From: a virus
Reading direction: 5' to 3' (one strand)
Length of the DNA stretch: 64,000 nt
Virus record (IMG/VR): IMGVR_UViG_3300027733_000001
Below, piece by piece: positions 7,707-15,571 of the stretch. Numbering within the stretch: position 1 is the first letter of the stretch; each line of letters opens with the position of its first letter. Both the position numbers and the translations under genes were made by a program. The notes beneath the pieces were generated by a model. That model had not been told where the DNA came from. It made no database searches and saw nothing but the letters and a program-made list of their open reading frames with translations.

Positions 7707-9326
7707 TTACAGATAGTAGCCAAAAAATAGCTCTCCGTTTATGGTTGTGGCAGAGCCTATTGCACTAATCTCTACGATCAAAGCTGTCGATTGCCCAGGC
7801 ACTAATCTTCCTGCTGCACCAAAATTAGCAGGATCATCTGGGTAATAGTCGAACACCCCTGAAGGCATATCGCCAGAAGGTACAGTTAACACTGTTACAC
7901 CGTTCCATTTAAATGTCAGCTTGCCGTGCAACGCACCTGACAGGTTCCTGATATACATGTACGGAAACTGATTTCCCGAAGAGTCGATACCTGGACGGTC
8001 TGGGTCGGCGGCGTTGTTCTTGTAGACCACAGAGAGTATGGCCTTGGAGTCAATGTTGCTTACATTTGTTAAAGAGAACAGTATCCCGTCGTTTTCATAG
8101 GTAACCACTCCATTATTTTCAAAAGAGTAAGGAGTGATGGTCCAGCTGGCTGCATTACCTATGTTAGCTCTCACCATATTGGTTGCAAAATCAGACAAGT
8201 CCACAATTTCAGGAACATTCCCTGCCACTGATGTCGAGGGCAGCCACAATGTAGGGGCTGCTGGTAATGTAGGTGCAGGTATGGTAGGTAGCGCTTCTTT
8301 TTGTAGGTCTGTGAGCTCAGCCTTTTGAGATTCTGTCAGGGCGGCAGCTTGTGGTACTGTAAACGCGGCTAGCTCGTCTGTTGTAAATGCGCCTACTTGT
8401 TCTGGTGTCAAAACATGTATAGCCTGCGGAGCTATTGCTGCCACATCCTCGGGGTCCATCGCAGCCAGCTGTTCTGTACTCATTGCACCCACTTCTTCTA
8501 TAGTCATTCCTGCTACACCTTTTGTAGAAAAGGCAGCTATTTGCTCTGTGCTCAGAAGAGCTATGGCTTCTACTTTGATAGCTGCGACCTGCTGCGCATT
8601 CAGTACGTAAAGTTGCGCTGGTGTGAATGCTGTAATCTGTTCAACACTCATTGCAGCTATCTGCAGCGGCTTTAGAGCAGCTACAGCACTAAGGGCTAAT
8701 GCAGCCACCTGAATCAGCGAGAATCCGGCTATTGTATCAGTACTCAAAGAACCTAGCTGACTAGCAGTCAATGCACCCATCTGTGCTGTTGTGAGTGCTG
8801 CAAGTTGTAAAGGGCTTAGATAGTCAAGTTGTGCTGGAGAGAGTGCAGCTACAGAGTATTTGTCGAGCTGCGTCACCTCTGCTTCAGTTAATGCAGCCAG
8901 TTCCGCCAAACTTAGTGTACTTATTTCGGTAAGTTCTATGAGCGGACTTACATTGTATAGTTGAGGCTGACTCAGGTTTTCAAGATCTTCGAGATCGATC
9001 ACCAGCTTTTTAACCTCATAAACTATCGAGTCGAACGCAGTTTGCAACATCTCTGGGGTTCTTGTAACTATCTCTATAGAGTTAGTTCTGTAGTATGTAG
9101 ATCCTGGAGCAGGTGCATCTTCAGGGAAATCTTCTAGTTGGACCGGCGTACAAACAGCAGCGAAAGTATCTTCCACAGTGCCTTTGGCAAAATTCCGAAT
9201 TCTCTGGTTGACAAAAATTTTATTCGGCATACTCTCCGCATTGACAGCTTCCAGTACCAGCTTGTATGAAGAAATATCAGGCACCTCAATCGTGCTCCGT
9301 TTCAAGATTTGAATATTTTTTGCCAT
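7707..9326 (-). CDS. Octapeptide-repeat protein, possibly virion-associated
   Basis: 26 consecutive 8-aa repeats (consensus LTxxQxAA) between N- and C-terminal globular domains. Confidence 0.75.
   Translation of the reverse strand: MAKNIQILKRSTIEVPDISSYKLVLEAVNAESMPNKIFVNQRIRNFAKGTVEDTFAAVCTPVQLEDFPEDAPAPGSTYYRTNSIEIVTRTPEMLQTAFDSIVYEVKKLVIDLEDLENLSQPQLYNVSPLIELTEISTLSLAELAALTEAEVTQLDKYSVAALSPAQLDYLSPLQLAALTTAQMGALTASQLGSLSTDTIAGFSLIQVAALALSAVAALKPLQIAAMSVEQITAFTPAQLYVLNAQQVAAIKVEAIALLSTEQIAAFSTKGVAGMTIEEVGAMSTEQLAAMDPEDVAAIAPQAIHVLTPEQVGAFTTDELAAFTVPQAAALTESQKAELTDLQKEALPTIPAPTLPAAPTLWLPSTSVAGNVPEIVDLSDFATNMVRANIGNAASWTITPYSFENNGVVTYENDGILFSLTNVSNIDSKAILSVVYKNNAADPDRPGIDSSGNQFPYMYIRNLSGALHGKLTFKWNGVTVLTVPSGDMPSGVFDYYPDDPANFGAAGRLVPGQSTALIVEISAIGSATTINGELFFGYYL
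8292..8915 (-). repeat. 26 x 8-aa protein repeat, degenerate at DNA level
   Basis: LSLAELAA/LTEAEVTQ/.../LTDLQKEA; 624 nt = 208 aa. Confidence 0.9.
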
Positions 9327-9387
9327 TAGGTAAAAAGGTTGCTATCCCTGTAGCTTAAACTCCCAGTTAGTTAAAATCAATAAAATT

Positions 9388-10038
9388 ATGGAAAACAAAA
9401 CAGACAGCAGTATGTATAGAGTTGGAGATATCGTAATCGGTAGCTCTGATCCAAGTAAATCAGTATATTCAATTACTGGCACAAAAATAAACCCTGATGG
9501 AGTGTCTCTATATGGCAGCGATGCAGATTTGACGGCTAGGGCAAAAGATCTCGCAAGATCTGCTGTAATGGCCGGAGGTATTCCGCTACCTGTGTCTCCT
9601 CGAGGCAACAGTAACGAGCAGCCTAAAAAGCAAAAGAAGAAAACAGCCAAAAGTGGGAATAAGCAGGCAGCTTTTTCTCCTGAAAGCTATGTATCTTCGT
9701 TGTCGCATGAACATGGTGTAGGTGTATACGATTCAAATGCTGTTACACCACAAGATACAGCTTATGTTCGCCCTCAATCTACTGTGCAATTCGAAAACGA
9801 TTTTGGTAAGATCAAGTCCAAAGTAGAAACAATCATAGAGCACGATCTAGCTTTTATGTTTGTATATTCAGACGAAGACGCTGTAGTGTTCGAACCTAAA
9901 ATAGGTGAGCTTCTCGCTGTGCATATGCCTGACAAACGACGCATTGAAGTCTACTACCCTGGAGTTACTTTTGACTCGCCAGATAACACTAAAAAGTTTA
10001 TGATTCTATTCAAAGTACCTGAGGAAAATCAAGAATAA
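9388..10038 (+). CDS. Hypothetical protein, first gene of the plus-strand block
   Basis: 216-aa ORF divergent from 9326. Confidence 0.7.
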   Translation: MENKTDSSMYRVGDIVIGSSDPSKSVYSITGTKINPDGVSLYGSDADLTARAKDLARSAVMAGGIPLPVSPRGNSNEQPKKQKKKTAKSGNKQAAFSPESYVSSLSHEHGVGVYDSNAVTPQDTAYVRPQSTVQFENDFGKIKSKVETIIEHDLAFMFVYSDEDAVVFEPKIGELLAVHMPDKRRIEVYYPGVTFDSPDNTKKFMILFKVPEENQE

Positions 10039-10041
10039 TTT

Positions 10042-10206
10042 ATGGAAAAAAATGGAATGCTTACAGATAAATCACAAAGTGATTACGACAATACGAAAAA
10101 AGCTGAATACTACGATGCAGAAGGCTTCAGTGTAGCCGACGAAAATAACAAACATAAGCTCAACAAGCCTGAACCAGTCAGCAACGTGCAGCCTACTCAA
10201 GAATAA
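10042..10206 (+). CDS. Small hypothetical protein (54 aa, not in track)
   Basis: MEKNGMLTDK...VQPTQE; fills the gap exactly. Confidence 0.55.
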   Translation: MEKNGMLTDKSQSDYDNTKKAEYYDAEGFSVADENNKHKLNKPEPVSNVQPTQE

Positions 10207-10208
10207 TT

Positions 10209-11987
10209 ATGATTTCTCCAGACGATCCGCAGAGTTACTTTAAGATAGGAGATAACGGCAGAGACCGCTATTCTAATCCTTTCTACAATATTCCACTTCA
10301 ATATCTCCCGATGAACATCGAGGGAATGCTCCTGTGGGCCGAGCATTTCCTATATAGGAACGGATTCTATAAACAAGCTTTGAACCGTATTGCGAACTAC
10401 TTCATCACATCGCTATCTATTGAGTGCGATGATGAAGAGGCCAAGAAGGAATATCATGAGCTCCTAGATAAATTGAAATGGAAACAGGTGTGCGCCAAGG
10501 CAGGCCTCAATCTGTTGGCTTATGGTAATGAGTTTGTCACTGTGAACCAGGGCTTCTATAGATACTTGAACTGTCCCTCTTGCGGCAAATCGACGAATAT
10601 CGACAAACTCCAAAACTATGAGTTCCATAAGAACAAGTTTAACATGACTTGTTTGAAGTGTTCCTACAAAGGTCAGCACAAGGTTGTAGATAAGCCTGCA
10701 GCCAGCGTAGAAAAGATTCATGTGGTTCACTGGCCTGCTAAAGAAATCAAGATTCGCTATGAGGAAACTACCGGAGAAGCAGAGTATTTCTGGGATATTC
10801 CTCAGCAGTATGCAAAAAAGGTAACTACTAAAAACAACAAGTTCTATAGTAAGAAAACTCCACAAATTGTGTTCGAGTGTGTTTTTAATAAAACGATGCT
10901 CGCATTCAATGCTAAGAATTTTCTACATCTAAAGCTTGATACTCCTAGCACGATCAGGACAGATGGTAAGGCTGTGCCTCCAAGTATGTTTATTTTTGAA
11001 GATCTCTTCATGCTTCAGACACTGAAGAGATACAACGAAGTAATTTGCTTCGAAGACATTGCACCGTTCAGGGTCATTAGCATGAGTGACGGCACCAACC
11101 CGGCAGCCAACCCATTTTTGAACCAGAGCGGGGCTGTGTGGTCTAGTGCAGTAGATTCGATGATTGAAGAACATAGACGAGACCCTGGATCGTATCATAA
11201 GTTTCCATTTCAGATCAATTATCAGCAACTAGGAGGAGAGGGTTCTAAGCTAGCTCCTACAGAAATGATGGAACAGGCTAAGAACGGCATATTGAATGCC
11301 TTGGATGTTCCTGTTGAAATGTTTCAAATGACGTTTCAGCAGCAGGCAGCAGGCCCCATGCTTCGTATGTTTGAGAACGCCTGGAGCGTAATTCCTAGTA
11401 ATTATAATGTTCTATTGAACCATATGGGTGAGGTGCTTGGTAATATTATGGGACTACCCAAAGCTAAGATCTCTTTGATACCCATTACCTTCTCTGACGA
11501 CATTGAGCGTAAAGGAATCATTGGTCAGCTGGTATCTGCTAATGCTATCGCCAGAAGCGAACTGCTCAAACTTTACAACTTTGATTATGAAGATCAGGTT
11601 CGTAAAAAGCTTGAAGAAGATCGTATCGCTCAGGATGTGCAGACAGAAGAACAAGAAAAACAGCAGCTGGCACAAGCCACTCAAGCTAACCTTATGCAGA
11701 TGCTTCAGGGGCAGCAACAACAACAGCAGCCTGGAGGAGCGCCAGCAGGTGGAGGAGGCGGAGGAGGTACCACACCGCAGGATGCTCTAGCTCAAGCACA
11801 GCAGATGGCTCAGCAGCTATTCCCACTAGATGGGGCCCAGAGAAGAGCGCAACTGCAGCAGATCAAGGCTACAGACCAGGATCTGTATGCTCAAGTCAAA
11901 GCCCAGCTAGACCAGATGGGCTCTCAGGCTAGATCTCAAGGCTTGCAGGGAGCCAAACAGCAGGCGGCACAGGGACCTCAACAATAA
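10209..11987 (+). CDS. Putative portal protein with Zn-ribbon insertion and Q/G-rich tail
   Basis: Size, position and portal-like pattern (GLNLLAYGNEFV, EIKIRY..., LHLK, ILNALDVP); CPSC...CLKC insertion. Confidence 0.55.
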   Translation: MISPDDPQSYFKIGDNGRDRYSNPFYNIPLQYLPMNIEGMLLWAEHFLYRNGFYKQALNRIANYFITSLSIECDDEEAKKEYHELLDKLKWKQVCAKAGLNLLAYGNEFVTVNQGFYRYLNCPSCGKSTNIDKLQNYEFHKNKFNMTCLKCSYKGQHKVVDKPAASVEKIHVVHWPAKEIKIRYEETTGEAEYFWDIPQQYAKKVTTKNNKFYSKKTPQIVFECVFNKTMLAFNAKNFLHLKLDTPSTIRTDGKAVPPSMFIFEDLFMLQTLKRYNEVICFEDIAPFRVISMSDGTNPAANPFLNQSGAVWSSAVDSMIEEHRRDPGSYHKFPFQINYQQLGGEGSKLAPTEMMEQAKNGILNALDVPVEMFQMTFQQQAAGPMLRMFENAWSVIPSNYNVLLNHMGEVLGNIMGLPKAKISLIPITFSDDIERKGIIGQLVSANAIARSELLKLYNFDYEDQVRKKLEEDRIAQDVQTEEQEKQQLAQATQANLMQMLQGQQQQQQPGGAPAGGGGGGGTTPQDALAQAQQMAQQLFPLDGAQRRAQLQQIKATDQDLYAQVKAQLDQMGSQARSQGLQGAKQQAAQGPQQ

Positions 11988-11993
11988 ACTAAG

Positions 11994-12338
11994 ATGATGG
12001 ATAAAGTGTATAACTGTATTGTGAGCGGGAAGCCAATACCTGCAGAAAGAGTCGAGGCCCTGCAAGAGCTAGGTATACCCGAGACCAGATGGACATGTGT
12101 GGAGCATGCTCTGCCTGTCCCCAGGAAAGGTATATATCTTGGAGAAGCAGGCACAAGTCAGCTGCTTATTGTAGATAAAGTTTATGACGACTCTGTACGC
12201 TCTGTATTCAGAGGAGCAAAAAAAGAATCCTCCGAAACCAAAGAAGACGACGAAGTAGAGGGACCAGGCTATAATGAAAAAGAGTTGAACTATTACGCCT
12301 CGAACGATGAACCTATTGAACCCGAAGAAAAAATATAA
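11994..12338 (+). CDS. TraR/DksA C4-zinc-finger-like protein
   Basis: CIVSGKPIPAERVEAL...TRWTCVEH matches CxxCGxxIPxxRLxAxPxxxxCxxC with C>S and C>H substitutions; acidic tail. Confidence 0.6.
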   Translation: MMDKVYNCIVSGKPIPAERVEALQELGIPETRWTCVEHALPVPRKGIYLGEAGTSQLLIVDKVYDDSVRSVFRGAKKESSETKEDDEVEGPGYNEKELNYYASNDEPIEPEEKI

Positions 12339-12340
12339 AT

Positions 12341-12547
12341 ATGGAAGAAATACCTGAACCTCAATTCACTCCACCTGTACCAGTATATGTGCATGTACCG
12401 CATGCAACAGCTCCTGAGTTTCCATCAACTGAACCCAGCCAGCCTCTAAATGCATATATACCTATATTTCATGCCGTACCAACACCTCAAACTCCGAATA
12501 AAAAAGAAACATTAATAGGCAGACAGCAGCAAGCATCCCAGGTATAA
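12341..12547 (+). CDS. Pro-rich hypothetical protein
   Basis: 68-aa ORF. Confidence 0.5.
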   Translation: MEEIPEPQFTPPVPVYVHVPHATAPEFPSTEPSQPLNAYIPIFHAVPTPQTPNKKETLIGRQQQASQV

Positions 12548-12574
12548 TAGTCTAACAATCCTTATCTTTATACT

Positions 12575-13114
12575 ATGCAAGACCACGATCACTCGGTTTT
12601 AAATTCTGACGGTGTTATTACTCTCCAAGAATTGTTCGAGTCTGTGAACGACTTACAAAGCGATAAAAAAGTTACTGTAGCCGAGCTTGAAAGTATAAAG
12701 ATAAGGTTGGAGTCTAACGCCCTAACTGTACAAGAGCAGTTGCGTGCCTTAGAACGTTCTGTATTAGATATCAGAGACATGGCCAGGGATGCCAAACATA
12801 TCAGTGTAGGTGTGGACGGACAGAACGGGTTAAGAGGATCTATCGCAAATCTAACCAGAGATGTTAACAGTATGACACAAGATTTTAACTTTCTAAGACA
12901 AACTGCCCACAACTATACTGAAACTAAGAACCTCCTTATGCGGCTTTTTGTCACCTCTGCGGTTGCTGTAGTTGTACAGTTCGGAGGAGCTGTATGGTTT
13001 GTATCGTCGCTACACAGCAAGCAAGAAAGTATCAGGGAAGATTTAAACAGGGTTATCCGTTACATTGATAAGTCATACGATAGTCAGGGTAAACCAAACA
13101 TACCTTCAAAATAG
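12575..13114 (+). CDS. Coiled-coil protein with C-terminal TM segment (lysis-associated?)
   Basis: Heptad region followed by LFVTSAVAVVVQFGGAVWFV. Confidence 0.6.
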   Translation: MQDHDHSVLNSDGVITLQELFESVNDLQSDKKVTVAELESIKIRLESNALTVQEQLRALERSVLDIRDMARDAKHISVGVDGQNGLRGSIANLTRDVNSMTQDFNFLRQTAHNYTETKNLLMRLFVTSAVAVVVQFGGAVWFVSSLHSKQESIREDLNRVIRYIDKSYDSQGKPNIPSK

Positions 13115-13396
13115 TTGAAACTTCGGGAATATAGAAACGAACAAGGAGAAACGCTGGGGTATATGTTCGTTTGTCCTGGGTGCAAAAATTATCATGCACC
13201 GAAAACCCTTCAGGACGGGAAAGGGTACTCTTGGGAGTTTAACGGCAGTTTAACCTCTCCCACATTCACACCTTCGCTATTATTTACAGAGCAGCGACAG
13301 GTTTGTCATTCCTTTATCAAGGATGGTGCTATATACTTTTGTCCAGATAGTACACATACTCTGTCTGGTCAGACAGTACCTCTGGCAGATATCTAG
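13115..13396 (+). CDS. DUF6527-like metal-binding protein
   Basis: CPGCxxxH...WxFNG...PTFTPS...CHSFIKDG...DSTH; TTG start. Confidence 0.7.
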   Translation: MKLREYRNEQGETLGYMFVCPGCKNYHAPKTLQDGKGYSWEFNGSLTSPTFTPSLLFTEQRQVCHSFIKDGAIYFCPDSTHTLSGQTVPLADI

Positions 13397-13451
13397 TATG
13401 CTGCATAGATATTAATCTTTACTCGACACATAGCTTGGTGAGGTATAGACT

Positions 13452-13661
13452 ATGTGTATGAGGAATATTTTAATACTCATGCTCTTTTTGACTAGCTGTG
13501 CTTCTCGCAATCAGCATGTACAGCCGTTGGCTAAATTACCAAAGCCCACGACCACTTCCACATCAGCTATGGAGACAAATATTGCGGAACTTGAGAAATC
13601 TGTAAAGAGTGCCTCTTCTAGGGCCGAGCGCATCAAGCTGCTGATAGATGCTATAGAATAA
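13452..13661 (+). CDS. Small lipoprotein (o-spanin candidate)
   Basis: Lipobox LTS-C; located in the lysis cassette. Confidence 0.55.
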   Translation: MCMRNILILMLFLTSCASRNQHVQPLAKLPKPTTTSTSAMETNIAELEKSVKSASSRAERIKLLIDAIE

Positions 13662-13664
13662 GTT

Positions 13665-14186
13665 ATGAACCTACAGAAAAGCTTTTTAATACTATTTTTG
13701 TTTGTTTCCTCTGGGTTATGTAATACAGAGCTGAACACAACACTCAAACAAAAGCTGCAGGTTGAAATAGCGGGCTTACAGGAAGAGATAAGCAACGCAT
13801 CTAAAGATATTGTACAGCTAAAAGCAGACAAAGCCTCTCTTGAGGCTGCACTCAAAAACATGGAAGAATGGGGTACGTCGCAAGAATCTGCCAAACTGCA
13901 GTATTATGAAGAAGCAGGTAACCTAGAACTGCAGGCAGCACAAGCCTCCGAAGCATTAGCTAGCGAAAAGAAACATACCGAGGAAACGCTTCGTAAATAT
14001 TATAGGTTGAAACAGATCATGGGTTATTTGGCAGGAACACTATTGTTTGGACTGTATCAGTATTTCGGTTCACGAATAGTTCTATTCGCCCAGCCTGCGC
14101 TTGGTCCTTGGGGCGCACTGTTGCAGTACATTGGCCCTGTCGCAGCTTTCGGTATAGGCTATCTACTGGTCAAAATGTTCTTCTAA
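13665..14186 (+). CDS. Signal/TM plus coiled-coil protein (i-spanin candidate)
   Basis: N-terminal hydrophobic segment, long coiled coil, C-terminal TM segments. Confidence 0.5.
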   Translation: MNLQKSFLILFLFVSSGLCNTELNTTLKQKLQVEIAGLQEEISNASKDIVQLKADKASLEAALKNMEEWGTSQESAKLQYYEEAGNLELQAAQASEALASEKKHTEETLRKYYRLKQIMGYLAGTLLFGLYQYFGSRIVLFAQPALGPWGALLQYIGPVAAFGIGYLLVKMFF

Positions 14187-14187
14187 T

Positions 14188-14631
14188 ATGATCAACCTGA
14201 TATCAAACATAACAAAAACAGCAGCTTCCTTCTTACAGACAGGTACAGCCCCTCCAGGTACGCCACCTAATCAAAAAGAAGATATGGAGAAAGTGAACCA
14301 TCTATCTTCTAAAAAGTTCTTTCTAGCCTTCTCAGGATTTATTGTGCTGGGTATTTTCTATTTTTCCAGTGTGGCTGTACTTTTCGCACTACATAAGTAT
14401 CCTGAGCTCGTAGCATCATATTCGGTCATCTTCACAAAAACTATAGAGGTTTTCGCCACTATTATGGCTGTATATTTAGGTGGTCAGGCCGTAGTGGACT
14501 TGAAATACAACAGCTCTAGTAACGCTACAGTTGAAGGTAAAATCGACATTATAGACAACACACAAAGAGTTGTAGGTAACGAAAAAGAACACGATTACGT
14601 ATTGGAGGAAGACTCACATGGAACTAAGTAA
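14188..14631 (+). CDS. Holin-like membrane protein
   Basis: Two TM segments, SSKKFFLA start, directly upstream of the endolysin. Confidence 0.6.
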   Translation: MINLISNITKTAASFLQTGTAPPGTPPNQKEDMEKVNHLSSKKFFLAFSGFIVLGIFYFSSVAVLFALHKYPELVASYSVIFTKTIEVFATIMAVYLGGQAVVDLKYNSSSNATVEGKIDIIDNTQRVVGNEKEHDYVLEEDSHGTK

Positions 14632-15220
14632 AAAAGGAGTAGACTTCATTGTTGAGGAAGAGACAGGCGGCAAAGGCTATTACGAAAAGGTCTACAAGAG
14701 CACTTTTATCTGGCCGGGAGGCGCTAGCGGAGCTACGGCAATGGTAGGCATTGATATAGGCTACTATTCGCTACAGGAGGTTGATCTGTATTTTAAGCCA
14801 CTTACCAGCTCTGAAGAGCTTGAGTTGATACAGGGTGGACGCAGCAAAAAAGGTGTGATTGCTGAAGCCTATGTTAAGAAGTATTTAAACAAAATAACCT
14901 TTACATGGGAAGAGGCACTACAGACATTCCAAGCACACATCCTACCTAAATTCACAAGATACACATTGACAGCGTTTCCTGGTGTAGAAAACCTTGGAGA
15001 AGCTACCCAGACAGCCCTAGTTTCCCTAGTGTTCAACAGAGGTATGTCGATGGCTGGACCTTCCAGAAAAGAAATGTTGGAGATCAAAGGGCTGGTAGCC
15101 GCCAAGAATTATAAGGAGATTGCAGCGCAATTACGCAGCATGAAGCGTTTATGGGATAAAACTAGCGGACTTGTAGGGCGAAGAGAAAGGGAAGCTAAGC
15201 TGGTAGAAAGCTGTAGCTAA
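14618..15220 (+). CDS. Endolysin (lysozyme/pesticin-like muramidase)
   Basis: EEETGG...WPGGASGATAMVGIDIG, ALVSLVFNRG, GLVGRREREA. Confidence 0.85.
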   Translation: MELSKKGVDFIVEEETGGKGYYEKVYKSTFIWPGGASGATAMVGIDIGYYSLQEVDLYFKPLTSSEELELIQGGRSKKGVIAEAYVKKYLNKITFTWEEALQTFQAHILPKFTRYTLTAFPGVENLGEATQTALVSLVFNRGMSMAGPSRKEMLEIKGLVAAKNYKEIAAQLRSMKRLWDKTSGLVGRREREAKLVESCS

Positions 15221-15504
15221 TCCCCATCATCGTCGTTTTCGTCACTCTCGTCGTCAAACCCCTCGATCGTTTCTTCTTCTTTAAGTGCCATATTATGCAT
15301 ATGCTTTAGCGCTGCTGTGATATGCATATCTCCGAAGTTGATGAGTCCTAGTTTAATTACAGGATTATCATACGATTCGTGAGCATAAAGCTCACCCTTT
15401 TCATTACAGACTAGCAGCATATACCCTCGAGTATATTCACCCAGTTGTGTGATGAAACTGTTGGGGATCATGAACCCTGGGTCTTCTTCGTCGTGTTTAT
15501 CCAT
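15217..15504 (-). CDS. Hypothetical protein with acidic tail
   Basis: 95-aa ORF; TATAAT lies 5 nt upstream of the ATG, suggesting a near-leaderless transcript. Confidence 0.65.
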   Translation of the reverse strand: MDKHDEEDPGFMIPNSFITQLGEYTRGYMLLVCNEKGELYAHESYDNPVIKLGLINFGDMHITAALKHMHNMALKEEETIEGFDDESDENDDDGD

Positions 15505-15525
15505 GTATAAATTATAGCACCCTAG

Positions 15526-15565
15526 TAGCTAAAAAAAAGGAAAAACCCCCGAAAGGATTTTTCCT
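15526..15565 (-). terminator. Intrinsic terminator with UUCG loop
   Basis: Minus-strand RNA AGGAAAAAUCCU-UUCG-GGGGUUUUUCCU followed by U-run-AGCUA. Confidence 0.8.
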
Positions 15566-15571
15566 ATTTTT

